Source of the DNA: Gemmatimonadota bacterium | GTDB lineage: Bacteria > Gemmatimonadota > Gemmatimonadetes > Palauibacterales > Palauibacteraceae | Direction: 5' to 3' | NCBI GenBank assembly: GCA_963666735.1 | Contig: OY762926.1 | Coordinates: 640,001-704,000 of the forward strand | DNA: 64,000 bases | Shown here: piece after piece, positions 1 through 10,193 of the stretch | Layout: each line of letters starts with the position of its first letter | Position numbering within the stretch: position 1 is the first letter of the stretch | Notes under the pieces: model-generated | The model's input: the letters and a program-made list of their open reading frames with translations, nothing else | Told to the model about the DNA's origin: nothing | Databases searched by the model: none | Made by a program: the position numbers and the translations under genes

Positions 1-1
1 G

Positions 2-379
2 GGGACCTTCGCCCTTCCCGGCCGGCCGGCCTCGGGTCCCGGGATCGCGGTCGCCGCCGCGCACGGACTCGACCTCGCGGGGCACGCCTCCCGGGAGCTC
101 TCGCCGGAGCTGGTCGAGTGGGCCGACGTGATCATCGGCATGGAGGCGTCGCATGCCGGGGCGGCCGCACGCCTGGCTCCGGACGCGGCCGTCCACGTCA
201 TGACGGATTTCCTGCCCCCGGGCCACAGCCGGCACGAAGGCGGGGTCCCCGATCCGTACGGCGGAGATATCGAGATGTACGAAGCGACGCGCGAGTTGCT
301 GATGCGGGCCGTGCGGGGGCTCTTTGACGCGCTCGACGAAGAGGGACGAGGAGGAGACGCGAGGGAGCCGGGGTCGTGA
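2..379 (+). CDS. Low-molecular-weight protein-tyrosine/arginine phosphatase family protein (5' truncated by window edge)
   Basis: Frame open from position 2: GTFALPGRPAS...GLDLAGHASRELSPELVEWADVIIGMEASH...VPDPYGG, the typical LMWP C-terminal motifs. The CX5R loop lies outside the window. Confidence 0.85.
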   Translation, partial: GTFALPGRPASGPGIAVAAAHGLDLAGHASRELSPELVEWADVIIGMEASHAGAAARLAPDAAVHVMTDFLPPGHSRHEGGVPDPYGGDIEMYEATRELLMRAVRGLFDALDEEGRGGDAREPGS

Positions 380-1263
380 CGCTCCGCTTCGTGCTCCTGG
401 GGGATCCCGTGCGGCACTCGATTTCACCCGCGATGCACCGCACGGCCTTTGAACTCCTCGGACTCGACGCGGAATACACCGCCCGGCGGACTGCTTCCGG
501 CGAGGTCGGATCGATCATGCGGAGCGCGGACGTGGCCGGCGGAAACGTGACGCTCCCGCACAAGCTCCGGGCGGCCCGAGCGCTCACGCGACCGAGCGCG
601 GCGGTGCGAGCGACCGGGGCGTGCAATTGCTGGTGGCGGCGAACGGATGGCGGACTCGCGGGGGACAACACGGACGTCGGCGGGCTCCGCATCGCCCTTT
701 CCCGTATCGGCTTCCAGCCGCAGGGCGCGCGCGTGCTCCTCCTGGGCGCCGGGGGCGCGGCCCGGGCCGCGGTCCATGCACTGCTCGAAGGCGGAGTGTC
801 ATCCGTCGAGATCCTCAACCGGACGCCGGCACGGGCACACGCGCTGCGAGATCGGGCGCTGGCGCACGCGACCGACGCCGACCGCCCGGCGGACGCCGTG
901 CGTGTAGCCGCGGCGCCGCACCCCGGCGCGACGTACGATCTCGTGCTGAATTCGACGAGCCTGGGGCTTTCGCCCGGGGATCCGTTTCCCCTCGACCTGG
1001 GTCCGGGAGGGCACGGGGGGCGGTTCGGCGCAGCCGTCGACATGGTGTACGCCGCGGGAGGGACGGCGTGGATTCGACACGCGCGCACGCTCGGCATCCG
1101 GGCCGCGGATGGACTTGACATGCTCGTGGGCCAGGCGGTGCTCTCGCTCGAGCGCTGGTTCCCCGGCATCGAGGCCCCATTCGAGGCGATGCGAGAGGCA
1201 GCTGTGGCTGAACTCGCAGCGCGGTCGGGGCCGGAACCGGGGGCCGGATCGGGCGACGGGTGA
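376..1263 (+). CDS. aroE: Shikimate dehydrogenase
   Basis: GDPVRHSISP, NVTLPHK, GDNTD, LGAGGAARA, NRT, DMVY, DGLDML motifs; GTGA overlap with upstream gene. Confidence 0.93.
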   Translation: MTLRFVLLGDPVRHSISPAMHRTAFELLGLDAEYTARRTASGEVGSIMRSADVAGGNVTLPHKLRAARALTRPSAAVRATGACNCWWRRTDGGLAGDNTDVGGLRIALSRIGFQPQGARVLLLGAGGAARAAVHALLEGGVSSVEILNRTPARAHALRDRALAHATDADRPADAVRVAAAPHPGATYDLVLNSTSLGLSPGDPFPLDLGPGGHGGRFGAAVDMVYAAGGTAWIRHARTLGIRAADGLDMLVGQAVLSLERWFPGIEAPFEAMREAAVAELAARSGPEPGAGSGDG

Positions 1264-2096
1264 GTGCCGCGCCTCGTGCGGGCCGGCTCCGTCTCGTTGG
1301 CCGGGCTGCCGCCGCGGCCTTCGATGCGCTCGTGCCCGCGGCGTGTGTGGGCTGCCGCCGCGGCGTCGCTCCCGATGGCCCGCCGCTGTGCGTCCTGTGC
1401 CGGTCACGACTCCCGCGGCTGGCGAATCCCCGCTGCCCGCGCTGCGCTCAGCCGCTCGGCAACATCGCGGCCGCGGCCGGGGCACCCGTGCGGTGCGGCA
1501 CCTGCGAGGAGTGGCCCGACAGCCTGGCGGCGGCCGACGCGCCCTTCGCCTTTGAAGGTCTGGCCGCCCGGACGGTGCGCGCCCTCAAATACGACCGTTG
1601 GCGTGCACTCGCTCCGTGGATGGCCGCCCGCATGGCTCCCGGCGCCGAAGCGATCGCGTCCCGGATCGACGAAGGCGCGCCGTGGCTGATCCCGGTGCCG
1701 CTCGCGCCCGCCCGGCAGCGGGAACGGGGATTCAATCAGGCGGGGGAACTGGCCCGCGCCCTTGCCGGCCGCGGTGTCGGGCCCCTGGGGCTGTTCCTCG
1801 CCCGCCGCCCGGGAGGCGGGCGCCAGGCCGGCGTCCGCGGAGCTCTGCGCCGCGCGAACGTACAGGGCCGCTTCCGGTTGCGCGCCGGCCTCCCTCATGA
1901 GCGCCGGAGCGCCATGATCGTCGATGATGTGCTCACCACGGGAGCCACCGCGATCGCCTGCGCCGAGACGCTGGCCGAGGCTGGATTCCGCAACGTGGCC
2001 ACCGTTAGTTTTGCGCGCACCTTGCGTCCCCTGGACGGGGACGAGTCACCGACCGGGCGCTTCGCCCCTGATCCTTCCCGAGAGGAATCCGAATGA
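1260..2096 (+). CDS. ComF-family protein (zinc ribbon + phosphoribosyltransferase domain)
   Basis: Multiple CxxC pairs, [20 protein letters not shown]-binding motif. Confidence 0.88.
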   Translation: MSAAPRAGRLRLVGRAAAAAFDALVPAACVGCRRGVAPDGPPLCVLCRSRLPRLANPRCPRCAQPLGNIAAAAGAPVRCGTCEEWPDSLAAADAPFAFEGLAARTVRALKYDRWRALAPWMAARMAPGAEAIASRIDEGAPWLIPVPLAPARQRERGFNQAGELARALAGRGVGPLGLFLARRPGGGRQAGVRGALRRANVQGRFRLRAGLPHERRSAMIVDDVLTTGATAIACAETLAEAGFRNVATVSFARTLRPLDGDESPTGRFAPDPSREESE

Positions 2097-3121
2097 GTGT
2101 GAGGGTTGCCATCAACGGTTTCGGCCGCATCGGCCGGAATATTCTCCGTGCGGCGCTTCAGAGCCCGCGCGGGGACCTTGATTTCGTTGCGATCAACGAT
2201 CTCACGGATGCGGCGACGCTCGCCCATCTGTTCAAGTACGACTCCGTGCATGGGCGCTTCCCCGGCGACGTGCGCGTGGACGGGGGAGAACTCGTCCTGG
2301 GAGAGGAGCGTGTGCGCGTCTTCTCCGAACGCGACCCGGCCAACCTTCCCTGGGCGGAACTCGGCGTGGACGTCGCGGTCGAATCCACCGGGATCTTTCG
2401 CAAGAAGGAAGATGCGACCCGGCACATGAGCGCGGGCGCGAAGAAGGTCATCATCTCCGCCCCCGGCGTCGAACCGGACATCACGCTGGTCCTGGGCGTG
2501 AACGCGGATGAATACGACCCGGCGAGGCATGACGTGATCTCGAACGCGAGCTGCACGACCAACTGCATCGCTCCGGTCGTGAAGGTCCTGCTGGACCGCT
2601 TCGGCTTCGAACGCGGTCTCATGACGACCGTTCACGCGTACACGAACGGCCAGCAGCTCCTCGACCTGCAGCACAAGGATCTCCGGCGTGCCCGCGCCGC
2701 CGCGCTCTCGATCATCCCCACGACGACGGGCGCGGCGAAGGCCGTGGGTCTCGTTCTTCCGGAGGTGAGGGGACGACTCGACGGGATGGCGATGCGCGTC
2801 CCGACGCCGGACGTGTCGATCGTGGACCTCGTGGCCACCGTGTCGCGGAGCACGTCGGCGGGCGAGATCAACGCCGCGTTTCGCGAGGCTGCGGAAGGGC
2901 CGCTCGACGGCGTGCTCGAATACACCGATGAACCGCTCGTATCCGTCGACTTCACGGGACACCCCGCCAGCGCGATCATCGACGCACAGTCGACATCGGT
3001 CATGGACGGCACGCTCGTGAAGGTCATTTCGTGGTACGACAACGAGTGGGGGTACTCGAATCGCCTGGTGGACCTGGCGAGTTTCGTCGGAGAGCGTCTG
3101 CCCGCCTCCGTCGGGGCCTGA
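2093..3121 (+). CDS. gap: Glyceraldehyde-3-phosphate dehydrogenase, type I
   Basis: [18 protein letters not shown] active site, [10 protein letters not shown]. Confidence 0.98.
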   Translation: MSVRVAINGFGRIGRNILRAALQSPRGDLDFVAINDLTDAATLAHLFKYDSVHGRFPGDVRVDGGELVLGEERVRVFSERDPANLPWAELGVDVAVESTGIFRKKEDATRHMSAGAKKVIISAPGVEPDITLVLGVNADEYDPARHDVISNASCTTNCIAPVVKVLLDRFGFERGLMTTVHAYTNGQQLLDLQHKDLRRARAAALSIIPTTTGAAKAVGLVLPEVRGRLDGMAMRVPTPDVSIVDLVATVSRSTSAGEINAAFREAAEGPLDGVLEYTDEPLVSVDFTGHPASAIIDAQSTSVMDGTLVKVISWYDNEWGYSNRLVDLASFVGERLPASVGA

Positions 3122-3141
3122 GCGGCCCGAACCGCCCTCTC

Positions 3142-4338
3142 GTGGCCAGGACCCTGCGCGACCTCCCGGCCGATCTGGCCGGGAAGCGGGGACTCGTGCG
3201 AGTGGACTACAACGTGCCGCTCGACGCGGGGCAGGTTGCGGATGCGACGCGTATCGAAGCATCGCTGCCGACGCTCCGTTGGTTGCTGCGGCGTGACGCC
3301 CGGCCGGTGTTGCTCTCGCATCTGGGCCGGCCGGCCGGGCGCCCGAATCCCGCGCTGTCGCTGACGCCCGTGGCCTCCGCGCTCGCCGGCCTCCTCGGGG
3401 CCGAAGTCCTCTTTTCCGCCCCGTGCGACGGGAAGGATGCGCTCCGCGCCAGCCGCGAACTGCGAAGCGGGCAGGTCCTCCTTCTGGAGAACACGCGCTT
3501 CCTGCCCGGGGAGACCGCGAACGACGAAGCGCTCGCCGGCCGCCTCGCCCGACTCGGCGACTTCTTCGTCAATGACGCTTTCGGGACGCTGCACCGCGCG
3601 CACGCGTCGACGACGGGCGTGCCCGCCCGGCTGAACCCTGCCGCGGCGGGGTTGCTCGTCGAGCGCGAAGTGGCGGCGCTGGGCGCGCTCGACCGACCGC
3701 GCCGTCCGTTCGTCGTCGCCTTCGGAGGGGCCAAGATTGGCGACAAGATCGAACTCGTGCGCCGCTTCGTGGAACGCGCCGATCTGATCCTCGTGGGCGG
3801 CGCCATGGCGAATACGTTCCTCCGTGCACAGGGGATCGAGACCGGAGCCTCGCTCGTCGAGGAGGCGGCGCTCGACCTCGCCCGGTCGATCCTGTCCACG
3901 GGGGAGGAACGCATCCGGCTGCCGACCGACGTGATCGTCGTGGACCGGTCGAGCGGGGCGGAGGCGGGCGTCGCCGACGTGCGGGTCGATGCGATCGAGC
4001 CGGGGATGGCCGCCCTGGACATCGGACCCGAGTCTCGCGCTCGCTACGCCGAGGCGCTGCGCGGGTGCGCCGCCTTCTTTTGGAACGGTCCCATGGGCCT
4101 GTTCGAAGACCCGCGGTTTGCGGCGGGGACGCTTGCCATCGCGGAAGCCGCCGCGGAGGTGACCGCGGCGGGCGGGTTCACGGTCATCGGGGGCGGCGAC
4201 TCCGCGGCGGCCATTCGCCGGGCCGGGCTTCTCGACCACGTATCGCATGTCTGCACCGGGGGCGGAGCCGCCCTCGAGTACCTGTCGAGCGGGCGCTTGC
4301 CCGGACTCGATGTTCTCGTCGAAGGGAGGCGTCCGTGA
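3142..4338 (+). CDS. pgk: Phosphoglycerate kinase
   Basis: RVDYNVP, SHLGRP, LLENTRF, NDAFGTLHRAHAS, WNGPMG, GGGDS. Start placed at GTG 3142; the ORF-track start overlaps gap. Confidence 0.97.
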   Translation: MARTLRDLPADLAGKRGLVRVDYNVPLDAGQVADATRIEASLPTLRWLLRRDARPVLLSHLGRPAGRPNPALSLTPVASALAGLLGAEVLFSAPCDGKDALRASRELRSGQVLLLENTRFLPGETANDEALAGRLARLGDFFVNDAFGTLHRAHASTTGVPARLNPAAAGLLVEREVAALGALDRPRRPFVVAFGGAKIGDKIELVRRFVERADLILVGGAMANTFLRAQGIETGASLVEEAALDLARSILSTGEERIRLPTDVIVVDRSSGAEAGVADVRVDAIEPGMAALDIGPESRARYAEALRGCAAFFWNGPMGLFEDPRFAAGTLAIAEAAAEVTAAGGFTVIGGGDSAAAIRRAGLLDHVSHVCTGGGAALEYLSSGRLPGLDVLVEGRRP

Positions 4339-5099
4339 GTCAGCCGCGTACCCCCGTGTTCGCCGCGAACTGGAAGATGTGCCACGGCCCCGATGAGACC
4401 GGGACGTTCGTGGAACGGTTCGCGGCGCTCCACAGACGCCGCAGCGACGCGACGGTGGTCGTGTTCCCCCCCGCCATCAGCCTGACGGCCTTTGCGGCGG
4501 CGGCCTCCGGGCGTCCGGATCTGGAGTTCGGCGTGCAGGACGTACACACCGAGGTCGAGGGTGCGCACACGAGCGGCATCTCGGCGGGCATGGTCCCCGC
4601 GACCGGCGCCGCCTGGGCGCTGGCGGGCCACTCGGAACGCCGGCGGGAATTCGGCGACAGCGATGCGGACGTGGGGCTCAAGCTGGTTCGCATTCTGGAG
4701 GCCGGACTCCGTCCCGTCCTGTGTGTGGGCGAGACGCTCGAGGAGCGCGAGTCCGGACGGCTCGCGACGGTGCTCGAAACGCAGATTCGGGAGGCCCTCC
4801 GCCCACTCGACCAGGAGGACCGAACCCGTCTCGTATACGCCTACGAGCCGGTCTGGGCGATCGGCACCGGGCGTACGGCGAGCCCCGCCGATGCCGCGGA
4901 GGCCCACGCCATCGTCCGTGACCGGCTCGCGCAGGCGGAGGGATGCGACGCCGAACGGGCGGTGATCCTCTACGGCGGAAGCGTCAAGCCGGCCAACATC
5001 GACGCGCTCCTCTCCGCCCGGGGCGTGGACGGCGTACTCGTGGGGGGGGCGAGTCTCGATCCCGACAGTTGGGCCTCGATCTGCGCGGCGGGCGAATAA
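4335..5099 (+). CDS. tpiA: Triosephosphate isomerase
   Basis: ANWKM, GHSERR, AYEPVWAIGTG, LYGGSV, LVGGASL; GTGA overlap with pgk stop. Confidence 0.97.
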   Translation: MSQPRTPVFAANWKMCHGPDETGTFVERFAALHRRRSDATVVVFPPAISLTAFAAAASGRPDLEFGVQDVHTEVEGAHTSGISAGMVPATGAAWALAGHSERRREFGDSDADVGLKLVRILEAGLRPVLCVGETLEERESGRLATVLETQIREALRPLDQEDRTRLVYAYEPVWAIGTGRTASPADAAEAHAIVRDRLAQAEGCDAERAVILYGGSVKPANIDALLSARGVDGVLVGGASLDPDSWASICAAGE

Positions 5100-5157
5100 C
5101 TGGCACGGTCTCGGCGGCGACTCTAGGTTAGTCCACCGATCCAACCATAGCGGGTAG

Positions 5158-5628
5158 ATGATGTTCACGTTTCTGATCGTATTGATTTCGCTGATCGCGC
5201 TCGTGCTGTGCGTGATGATCCTCATCCAGTCCGGCAAGGGCGGCGGGCTCGCCGCCTCCTTCGGCGGAGCCTCGTCCTCCACGGACTCCTTCATGGGCGG
5301 CCGGCAGGCGGCCAACGCGTTGACGAAGATGAGTTGGTACGGCGGGGGGAGTTTCCTCTTCCTCGCGCTCGTGCTGACCGTCCTCTCCGCCCGTCCGGAT
5401 GCGGCGCCCGAATCGATCCTGCGTCAGGGATTTCCCGGTCAGCAGAGTCTCCCTGAAGCGCCGGCTTCTCTGCTGGAGCTTTCGCCCGACCTCGAAGGAG
5501 GTTTCGAAGAAGGCGCCCCGTCCGAAGAAGGCGCCACGCCTGGGTCGGAGGAGGGCGCCGCGGGTTCGGAAGGGACGGAAGGCGACGACGGGAATCCCGA
5601 TTCCGGAAGCGGGAACCCCGGCCAGTAA
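5158..5628 (+). CDS. secG: Preprotein translocase subunit SecG with acidic C-terminal tail
   Basis: Two TM helices around ILIQSGKGGGLAASFGG; conserved position after tpiA. Confidence 0.93.
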   Translation: MMFTFLIVLISLIALVLCVMILIQSGKGGGLAASFGGASSSTDSFMGGRQAANALTKMSWYGGGSFLFLALVLTVLSARPDAAPESILRQGFPGQQSLPEAPASLLELSPDLEGGFEEGAPSEEGATPGSEEGAAGSEGTEGDDGNPDSGSGNPGQ

Positions 5629-5646
5629 CCGGCCAGCGACCGATCG

Positions 5647-6297
5647 TCAGTCGGTATCGGCCATGCCCCGCGCGGGAGGTCGAGGGTCCTCCGCGAACGC
5701 GTCGCTCGGCAGATCCGGAAACTCGACGTACCGCTCCTTCTCCTGCGCCTCCGCGAGCCAACGCTCGAACCCGGACGGGACGAGCCCGTCCGTGCCGCAT
5801 CGATCCCGCGCCGCCGTCACCGCAAGGTGGTCGGCGTAGGTGTTCTTCACGTCTCCGGCGTGTCCCCGGGTCCAGCGCCACTCGACGCGATGGCGCGCGG
5901 CGATCCGCACGAGTTCCCGCCAGAGATCGAGGTTTTCGATCGGCCCGCCCTTCCGGCGCCAGCCGCGGCGAGCCCAGCCATGTACCCACTCCTTCATGCC
6001 CCGGATGAGATATTGGCTGTCGCTCGTGAAGACGACGCGACACGCCTGCCGCAGGGCGCCGAGCCCGACGATGCCGGAGGTGATCGCCATCCGGTTGTTC
6101 GTCGTATCCGGATCGAAGTGGGCGAAGTCCCGCCGGTACCAGCCGCGCCGCTCATCGAATCGTTCGATGAGGCCGGCGGCGGCCCCCGGATTCCGGCGAT
6201 TCTCGAACTGGTTGCCGAGGCAGGACTCGTCGGCGAAGATATGAACGAGCGGAGCATCGGTCCCGCTCTCCCGCCCGGGTCCGGAGTCGGTGGTCAA
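5647..6297 (-). CDS. rnhA: Ribonuclease HI (variant active site)
   Basis: FADESCLGN, TTNNRMA, TSDSQY, W..RGW, NLDLW, WTRGHAG, N..AD.LA. Start placed at TTG 6297 after GGAGG. Confidence 0.9.
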   Translation of the reverse strand: MTTDSGPGRESGTDAPLVHIFADESCLGNQFENRRNPGAAAGLIERFDERRGWYRRDFAHFDPDTTNNRMAITSGIVGLGALRQACRVVFTSDSQYLIRGMKEWVHGWARRGWRRKGGPIENLDLWRELVRIAARHRVEWRWTRGHAGDVKNTYADHLAVTAARDRCGTDGLVPSGFERWLAEAQEKERYVEFPDLPSDAFAEDPRPPARGMADTD

Positions 6298-6380
6298 CGC
6301 GCCTCCCGAAGCTTGGGTGCGCGGGCCGCGAGCCGATGCCCGGGTCCCCGCACCTTCAACCGCCACATTGGACGCGCCCC

Positions 6381-7517
6381 GTGAGCGAGACGCAAGCACG
6401 CCCCGGATACCTCCTGCTCGAAGACGGCCGCCGATTCGACGGCGCCTATGTGGGCCCCGAGACCGAGACCGCCGGCGAAGCCGTCTTCACGACGGTGATG
6501 ACGGGATACCACGAAGTGCTCACGGATCCTTCATTTGCCGCGCAGATCGTCGTCATGACCGCGCCCATGCAGGGAGTCTACGGCATTCGCGATCCCGACG
6601 TTCAATCGCGGCGGCCCTGGGTCGCGGGCTTCGTCGTGAGGCACCTTTCGCACGAGACCGGGTCCGGGCCGGCGGATTCCACGCTGCCCGAGTACCTCGC
6701 CTCGCACGGGATTCCGACCCTGATCGGCGCGGACACGCGGGCGCTGACGCGCCATATCCGCGATGCGGGCGCAATGCGTGCGGTCGTGGCGCACGATGGG
6801 GTGGCGCCGGAGCGGGCCGCGGAACGCCTGGCCGCCGAGCCGGAGATGTCCGGTCGCGACCTCGCGACGGCCGTCTCGACGCCGGAACCGTACGAACTCG
6901 ATCCCCTCGACGGGTCGACCGACCGCGGCCTCGTGCTTTGCCTGGACTATGGAGTCAAGACGCGCAGCCTCGATCTCTTCCGCCGCGAGGGATACCGCGT
7001 GCGCGTCGTCCCGTGCGATACGGACGCTGAAACGATGCTGTCCGCCCGCCCGGACGGCGTCTTCGTCTCGAACGGACCGGGCGACCCGGAGGCGGTGCCG
7101 GGCGCGGTCGAGCGCATCCGCGCGCTCAGCGACGCGGGGGTCCCGCTGTTCGGAATCTGCCTCGGACATCAGCTCATCGCGCGGGCCTTCGGGGGCACGA
7201 ACTACAAGCTGCCCTATGGGCACCGGGGCGGGAATCACCCCGTGCTCAACCATGCCACGGGCGCGGTGGAGATCACCTCGCAGAATCACGGTTTCGCAGT
7301 GCTGGAAGAAGAGGGGCGGATCCGGGGTGGAGACGAACTCGAGGTCACGCACCGAAATCTGAATGACGGCACCGTGGAAGGGCTGGTCCACCAGGAGCGG
7401 CCGGTGTTCGCGGTACAGTACCACCCCGAATCGGCTCCGGGACCTCACGACAGCCGATACCTGTTCAGCCGCTTCGTCGAGACGATGCGGAATTGCGGAA
7501 GCCCCGCCTCGAGTTGA
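6381..7517 (+). CDS. carA: Carbamoyl-phosphate synthase small subunit
   Basis: LLLEDG, TGYHEVLTDPS, SNGPGDP, GICLGHQ, GHRGGNHPV, QYHPE. Confidence 0.96.
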   Translation: MSETQARPGYLLLEDGRRFDGAYVGPETETAGEAVFTTVMTGYHEVLTDPSFAAQIVVMTAPMQGVYGIRDPDVQSRRPWVAGFVVRHLSHETGSGPADSTLPEYLASHGIPTLIGADTRALTRHIRDAGAMRAVVAHDGVAPERAAERLAAEPEMSGRDLATAVSTPEPYELDPLDGSTDRGLVLCLDYGVKTRSLDLFRREGYRVRVVPCDTDAETMLSARPDGVFVSNGPGDPEAVPGAVERIRALSDAGVPLFGICLGHQLIARAFGGTNYKLPYGHRGGNHPVLNHATGAVEITSQNHGFAVLEEEGRIRGGDELEVTHRNLNDGTVEGLVHQERPVFAVQYHPESAPGPHDSRYLFSRFVETMRNCGSPASS

Positions 7518-7544
7518 CTCCGCGGTGTGCGTCGATACTACGCG

Positions 7545-7573
7545 TTGAACGTTGGCGATATGTTGTCTAGGTT
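7545..7573 (+). promoter_or_regulatory. Putative sigma70 promoter for sppA
   Basis: TTGAAC-N17-TAGGTT in the carA-sppA intergenic region. Confidence 0.4.
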
Positions 7574-7628
7574 GCGATGGGCATCCCCCAAGGACTCACA
7601 GACCCACTTCCACGGACCGTCGCGTGAC

Positions 7629-8528
7629 GTGACCCACGACAAGCGAAACACGGTGATCGCCCTCCTGGCGTTGTTCGGCCTCTTCGGTGTGGGTGCGATC
7701 CTGTCGATCTGGTGGACGGTGGGGAATACGTCGTTTCTCGCCGGGGGACGGGTCGCGGTCGTCCCTCTGCGGGGCGTGATCGCGGACGAAGCAGGGTTCA
7801 CGAAGGCGCTCAACGGTTTTCGCGAAGACCCCAGCGTGCGCGCTTTCGTGATCGAGATCGAGTCTCCGGGAGGTACCGTGGGGGCCTCGCAGAGCATCTT
7901 CGAAGCCATTCGCGACCTGCGGGACGACGACGACCGGCCCGTCCTCGCCTGGATGGGCGATGTGGGAGCCTCGGGGGGGTACTACGCCGCAGTCGGGGCC
8001 GACAGCGTGTACGCGCTGCCCGGCACGATGACCGGATCCATCGGCGTCATCATGGAATTCCCCAACGCGGAGGAGTTGTTCCGCAAAGTCGGCGTCGGCT
8101 GGGAGGTCGTGACAAGCGGCGCGCACAAGGATCTGGGTGGCCTCGCACGCGCCCTTTCTCCTGCGGACCGCGAAATCCTCGAGGAAATCGTGCGCGACGT
8201 ACACGAGCAGTTCGTCGAGGTGGTGTCCGAAAACCGGAGCCTGGACCGGGAGACCGTCCTCGGGCTGGCGGACGGCCGGATCTTTACGGGCCGGCAGGCG
8301 AACGAAATCGGACTCATCGACGGCCTCATGACCCTGACGGAGACCATTGCACTCGCCGGCCGGATGGCGGGCCTGGGAACGGACCCGGCGATCGTGCGGC
8401 CGCGTGAGCCGACCATCGGGCTGTTCGATCTGCTCGGAGGGCTGAGCATCGGCGATGCACGGACATGGATCGGAACGGTAGCGCCGCTGCGCCCGGGCGC
8501 GCCGAGACTCCTCTTTGAACTCAGATAG
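7629..8528 (+). CDS. sppA: Signal peptide peptidase SppA (36K type, peptidase S49)
   Basis: N-terminal TM helix, IESPGG, ASGGYY, TGSIGV, DGRIFTG. Confidence 0.93.
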   Translation: MTHDKRNTVIALLALFGLFGVGAILSIWWTVGNTSFLAGGRVAVVPLRGVIADEAGFTKALNGFREDPSVRAFVIEIESPGGTVGASQSIFEAIRDLRDDDDRPVLAWMGDVGASGGYYAAVGADSVYALPGTMTGSIGVIMEFPNAEELFRKVGVGWEVVTSGAHKDLGGLARALSPADREILEEIVRDVHEQFVEVVSENRSLDRETVLGLADGRIFTGRQANEIGLIDGLMTLTETIALAGRMAGLGTDPAIVRPREPTIGLFDLLGGLSIGDARTWIGTVAPLRPGAPRLLFELR

Positions 8529-8592
8529 GTGCTCCCATCCCGGAGCAAGACGCCAAATACACAGGGTTGCACAACGCTCGGAGGAGAGGGAG

Positions 8593-8892
8593 ATGACGAA
8601 GGCGGATCTCATCGAACAGGTCCACGAGGCCATCGGCCCCGGCGTGACGAAGAGGGACTGTGCCGCGGTGGTCAACGCGTTTCTGAACGCGGTAAAGGGA
8701 GCCGTTGTGCAAGGCAATCACATCGAGATTCGCGGCTTCGGGACGTTCAAGGTGCGGGAGCGCCGGACCCGCATGGCGCGCAATCCGCGCACGGGCGATC
8801 CCGTTCGGGTGCCGCAGAGGAAAGTGCCCGTCTTCAAGCCCTCGCGCCTGCTGCGCGACGAGGTGGCGGCGAGCCTGGAGGACCGGAGCTGA
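8593..8892 (+). CDS. HU/IHF-family DNA-binding protein
   Basis: MTKADL, IEIRGFGTF, ARNPRTG, PVFKPS; RBS GGAGAGG. Confidence 0.95.
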   Translation: MTKADLIEQVHEAIGPGVTKRDCAAVVNAFLNAVKGAVVQGNHIEIRGFGTFKVRERRTRMARNPRTGDPVRVPQRKVPVFKPSRLLRDEVAASLEDRS

Positions 8893-8916
8893 ACCGGCCG
8901 CACCGAGTGCGGGCGG

Positions 8917-10098
8917 TCAGCCGAAGAAGTCGGCGATCCGTTCCAGTCCCTCTTCCAGGACTTCGCGTTCCACGGCGAAGTTGAAGCGCAGGTGCCCCGG
9001 AGAGCCGAACGGCTCGCCGGGCATGCATGCCACCTGGGCATCGGCGAGCAGCCGCTCGGCGACGTCGAGCGATGTAGCGCCGCGGTCGGTGAGCCGTCCG
9101 TAGAAATACAGGGCGCCGTCCGGCTGGAACGCCTCGATCCCGTCGATCTTCGCGAACATCGATAGCCCCAGTTCCCGGAGTTCCGAGAGCCTGGACAGGA
9201 GATCCGTGACGAACGCCTCGCGGGGAGCGCTCTCGCCGAGCGCGGCCGCGGCGGCGTGCTGGGAGGGGCCGACGGCCCCGGACGTCGTCTGTCCCTGCAG
9301 ATCGGCCATCTTGCGGACGACGTCCGGCGGCCCCACGGCATACCCGATTCGGAACCCCGGCATGCAGAACGCCTTCGAGACGCCGTCGAGCAGGATCGTC
9401 CTCTCCCCGCGCTCCGCGATGTCGAATACGGACGGCGCGGGGGCCCCGTAGGCGAGCCGGCGGTAGATCTCGTCGGACAGCACCCAGATCCCGTGTCGGT
9501 CCGCCCACGCCATGATCCCGCGCAGCAGATCGGTCGGGATGACGGCCCCGGTCGGGTTTCCGGGACTGTTGAGCATGAGCCCCCGGGTCCGCGGCGTGCG
9601 GGCAGCCTCGAGATCCTCGACGGTCGGCGCGAACCCCCCGTCCCAGGTCGTCTCCACGATGACCGGCTCCGCCCCCGCGAGTCGGACGATCGTCGTATAG
9701 CTCGGCCAGTAGGGGGAAGGCACCAACACTTCCTCGCCGGCGCCGAACAGGGAGTAGCAGCAGTTGAACAGCGACTGCTTCACGCCCGCGCTCACGATCA
9801 CGGAGTCCGGATTCACCCTCTCCGCGGCCGTCGTCTCACGCAGGTAGCGCCCGATCGCGTCGCGCAGTTCGGGAAGCCCTGACGTCGGAGGATATCCCGT
9901 CTTCCCCTGCTCGATCGCCCGAATGCCGGCGCGTGCCGCGAACGGCGGGGCGGGATACTGCGGCTCGCCGGCCGAGAGGTCCACGACCGGAACCCCCGCC
10001 GCCCTCAGTTTCCGGGCGCGGGCGGCGAGCACCAGCGTGGCCGATGCTTCGAGCCGGGCGACGTTCGGGGAAAACTGCGTAGCGGGCACGGCGGGCAC
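8917..10098 (-). CDS. PLP-dependent class I aminotransferase (aspartate aminotransferase-like)
   Basis: AGEP, NSPGNPTG, SDEIY, SKAFCMPGFRIGY (PLP lysine), HLRFNF. Confidence 0.93.
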   Translation of the reverse strand: MPAVPATQFSPNVARLEASATLVLAARARKLRAAGVPVVDLSAGEPQYPAPPFAARAGIRAIEQGKTGYPPTSGLPELRDAIGRYLRETTAAERVNPDSVIVSAGVKQSLFNCCYSLFGAGEEVLVPSPYWPSYTTIVRLAGAEPVIVETTWDGGFAPTVEDLEAARTPRTRGLMLNSPGNPTGAVIPTDLLRGIMAWADRHGIWVLSDEIYRRLAYGAPAPSVFDIAERGERTILLDGVSKAFCMPGFRIGYAVGPPDVVRKMADLQGQTTSGAVGPSQHAAAAALGESAPREAFVTDLLSRLSELRELGLSMFAKIDGIEAFQPDGALYFYGRLTDRGATSLDVAERLLADAQVACMPGEPFGSPGHLRFNFAVEREVLEEGLERIADFFG

Positions 10099-10114
10099 TC
10101 TTGTCGAAGGGGTT

Positions 10115-10138
10115 GATCGGATTTGAGATCGGATTTGA
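10115..10138. repeat. Perfect 12-bp tandem direct repeat GATCGGATTTGA x2
   Basis: Copies at 10115-10126 and 10127-10138 in a divergent intergenic region. Confidence 0.9.
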
Positions 10139-10163
10139 GAGAGGGCTGCCGCACCCCTATCTT
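10135..10163 (+). promoter_or_regulatory. Putative sigma70 promoter for hypothetical-moaD-moaE
   Basis: TTGAGA-N17-TATCTT about 30 nt upstream of ATG 10194. Confidence 0.55.
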
Positions 10164-10193
10164 ACGGCTGCTGATGGTACGCGGGGAGAGTCC

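Noticed and set aside
5101..5129. Sigma54 promoter upstream of secG (TGGCACG...CGGC)
   Set aside because: The -12 element is CGGC rather than TTGC; the same bases fit a weak sigma70 pattern equally well.
5628..5647. tRNA gene after secG, as seen in many bacteria
   Set aside because: The gap to the convergent rnhA stop is under 20 bp; no cloverleaf is present.
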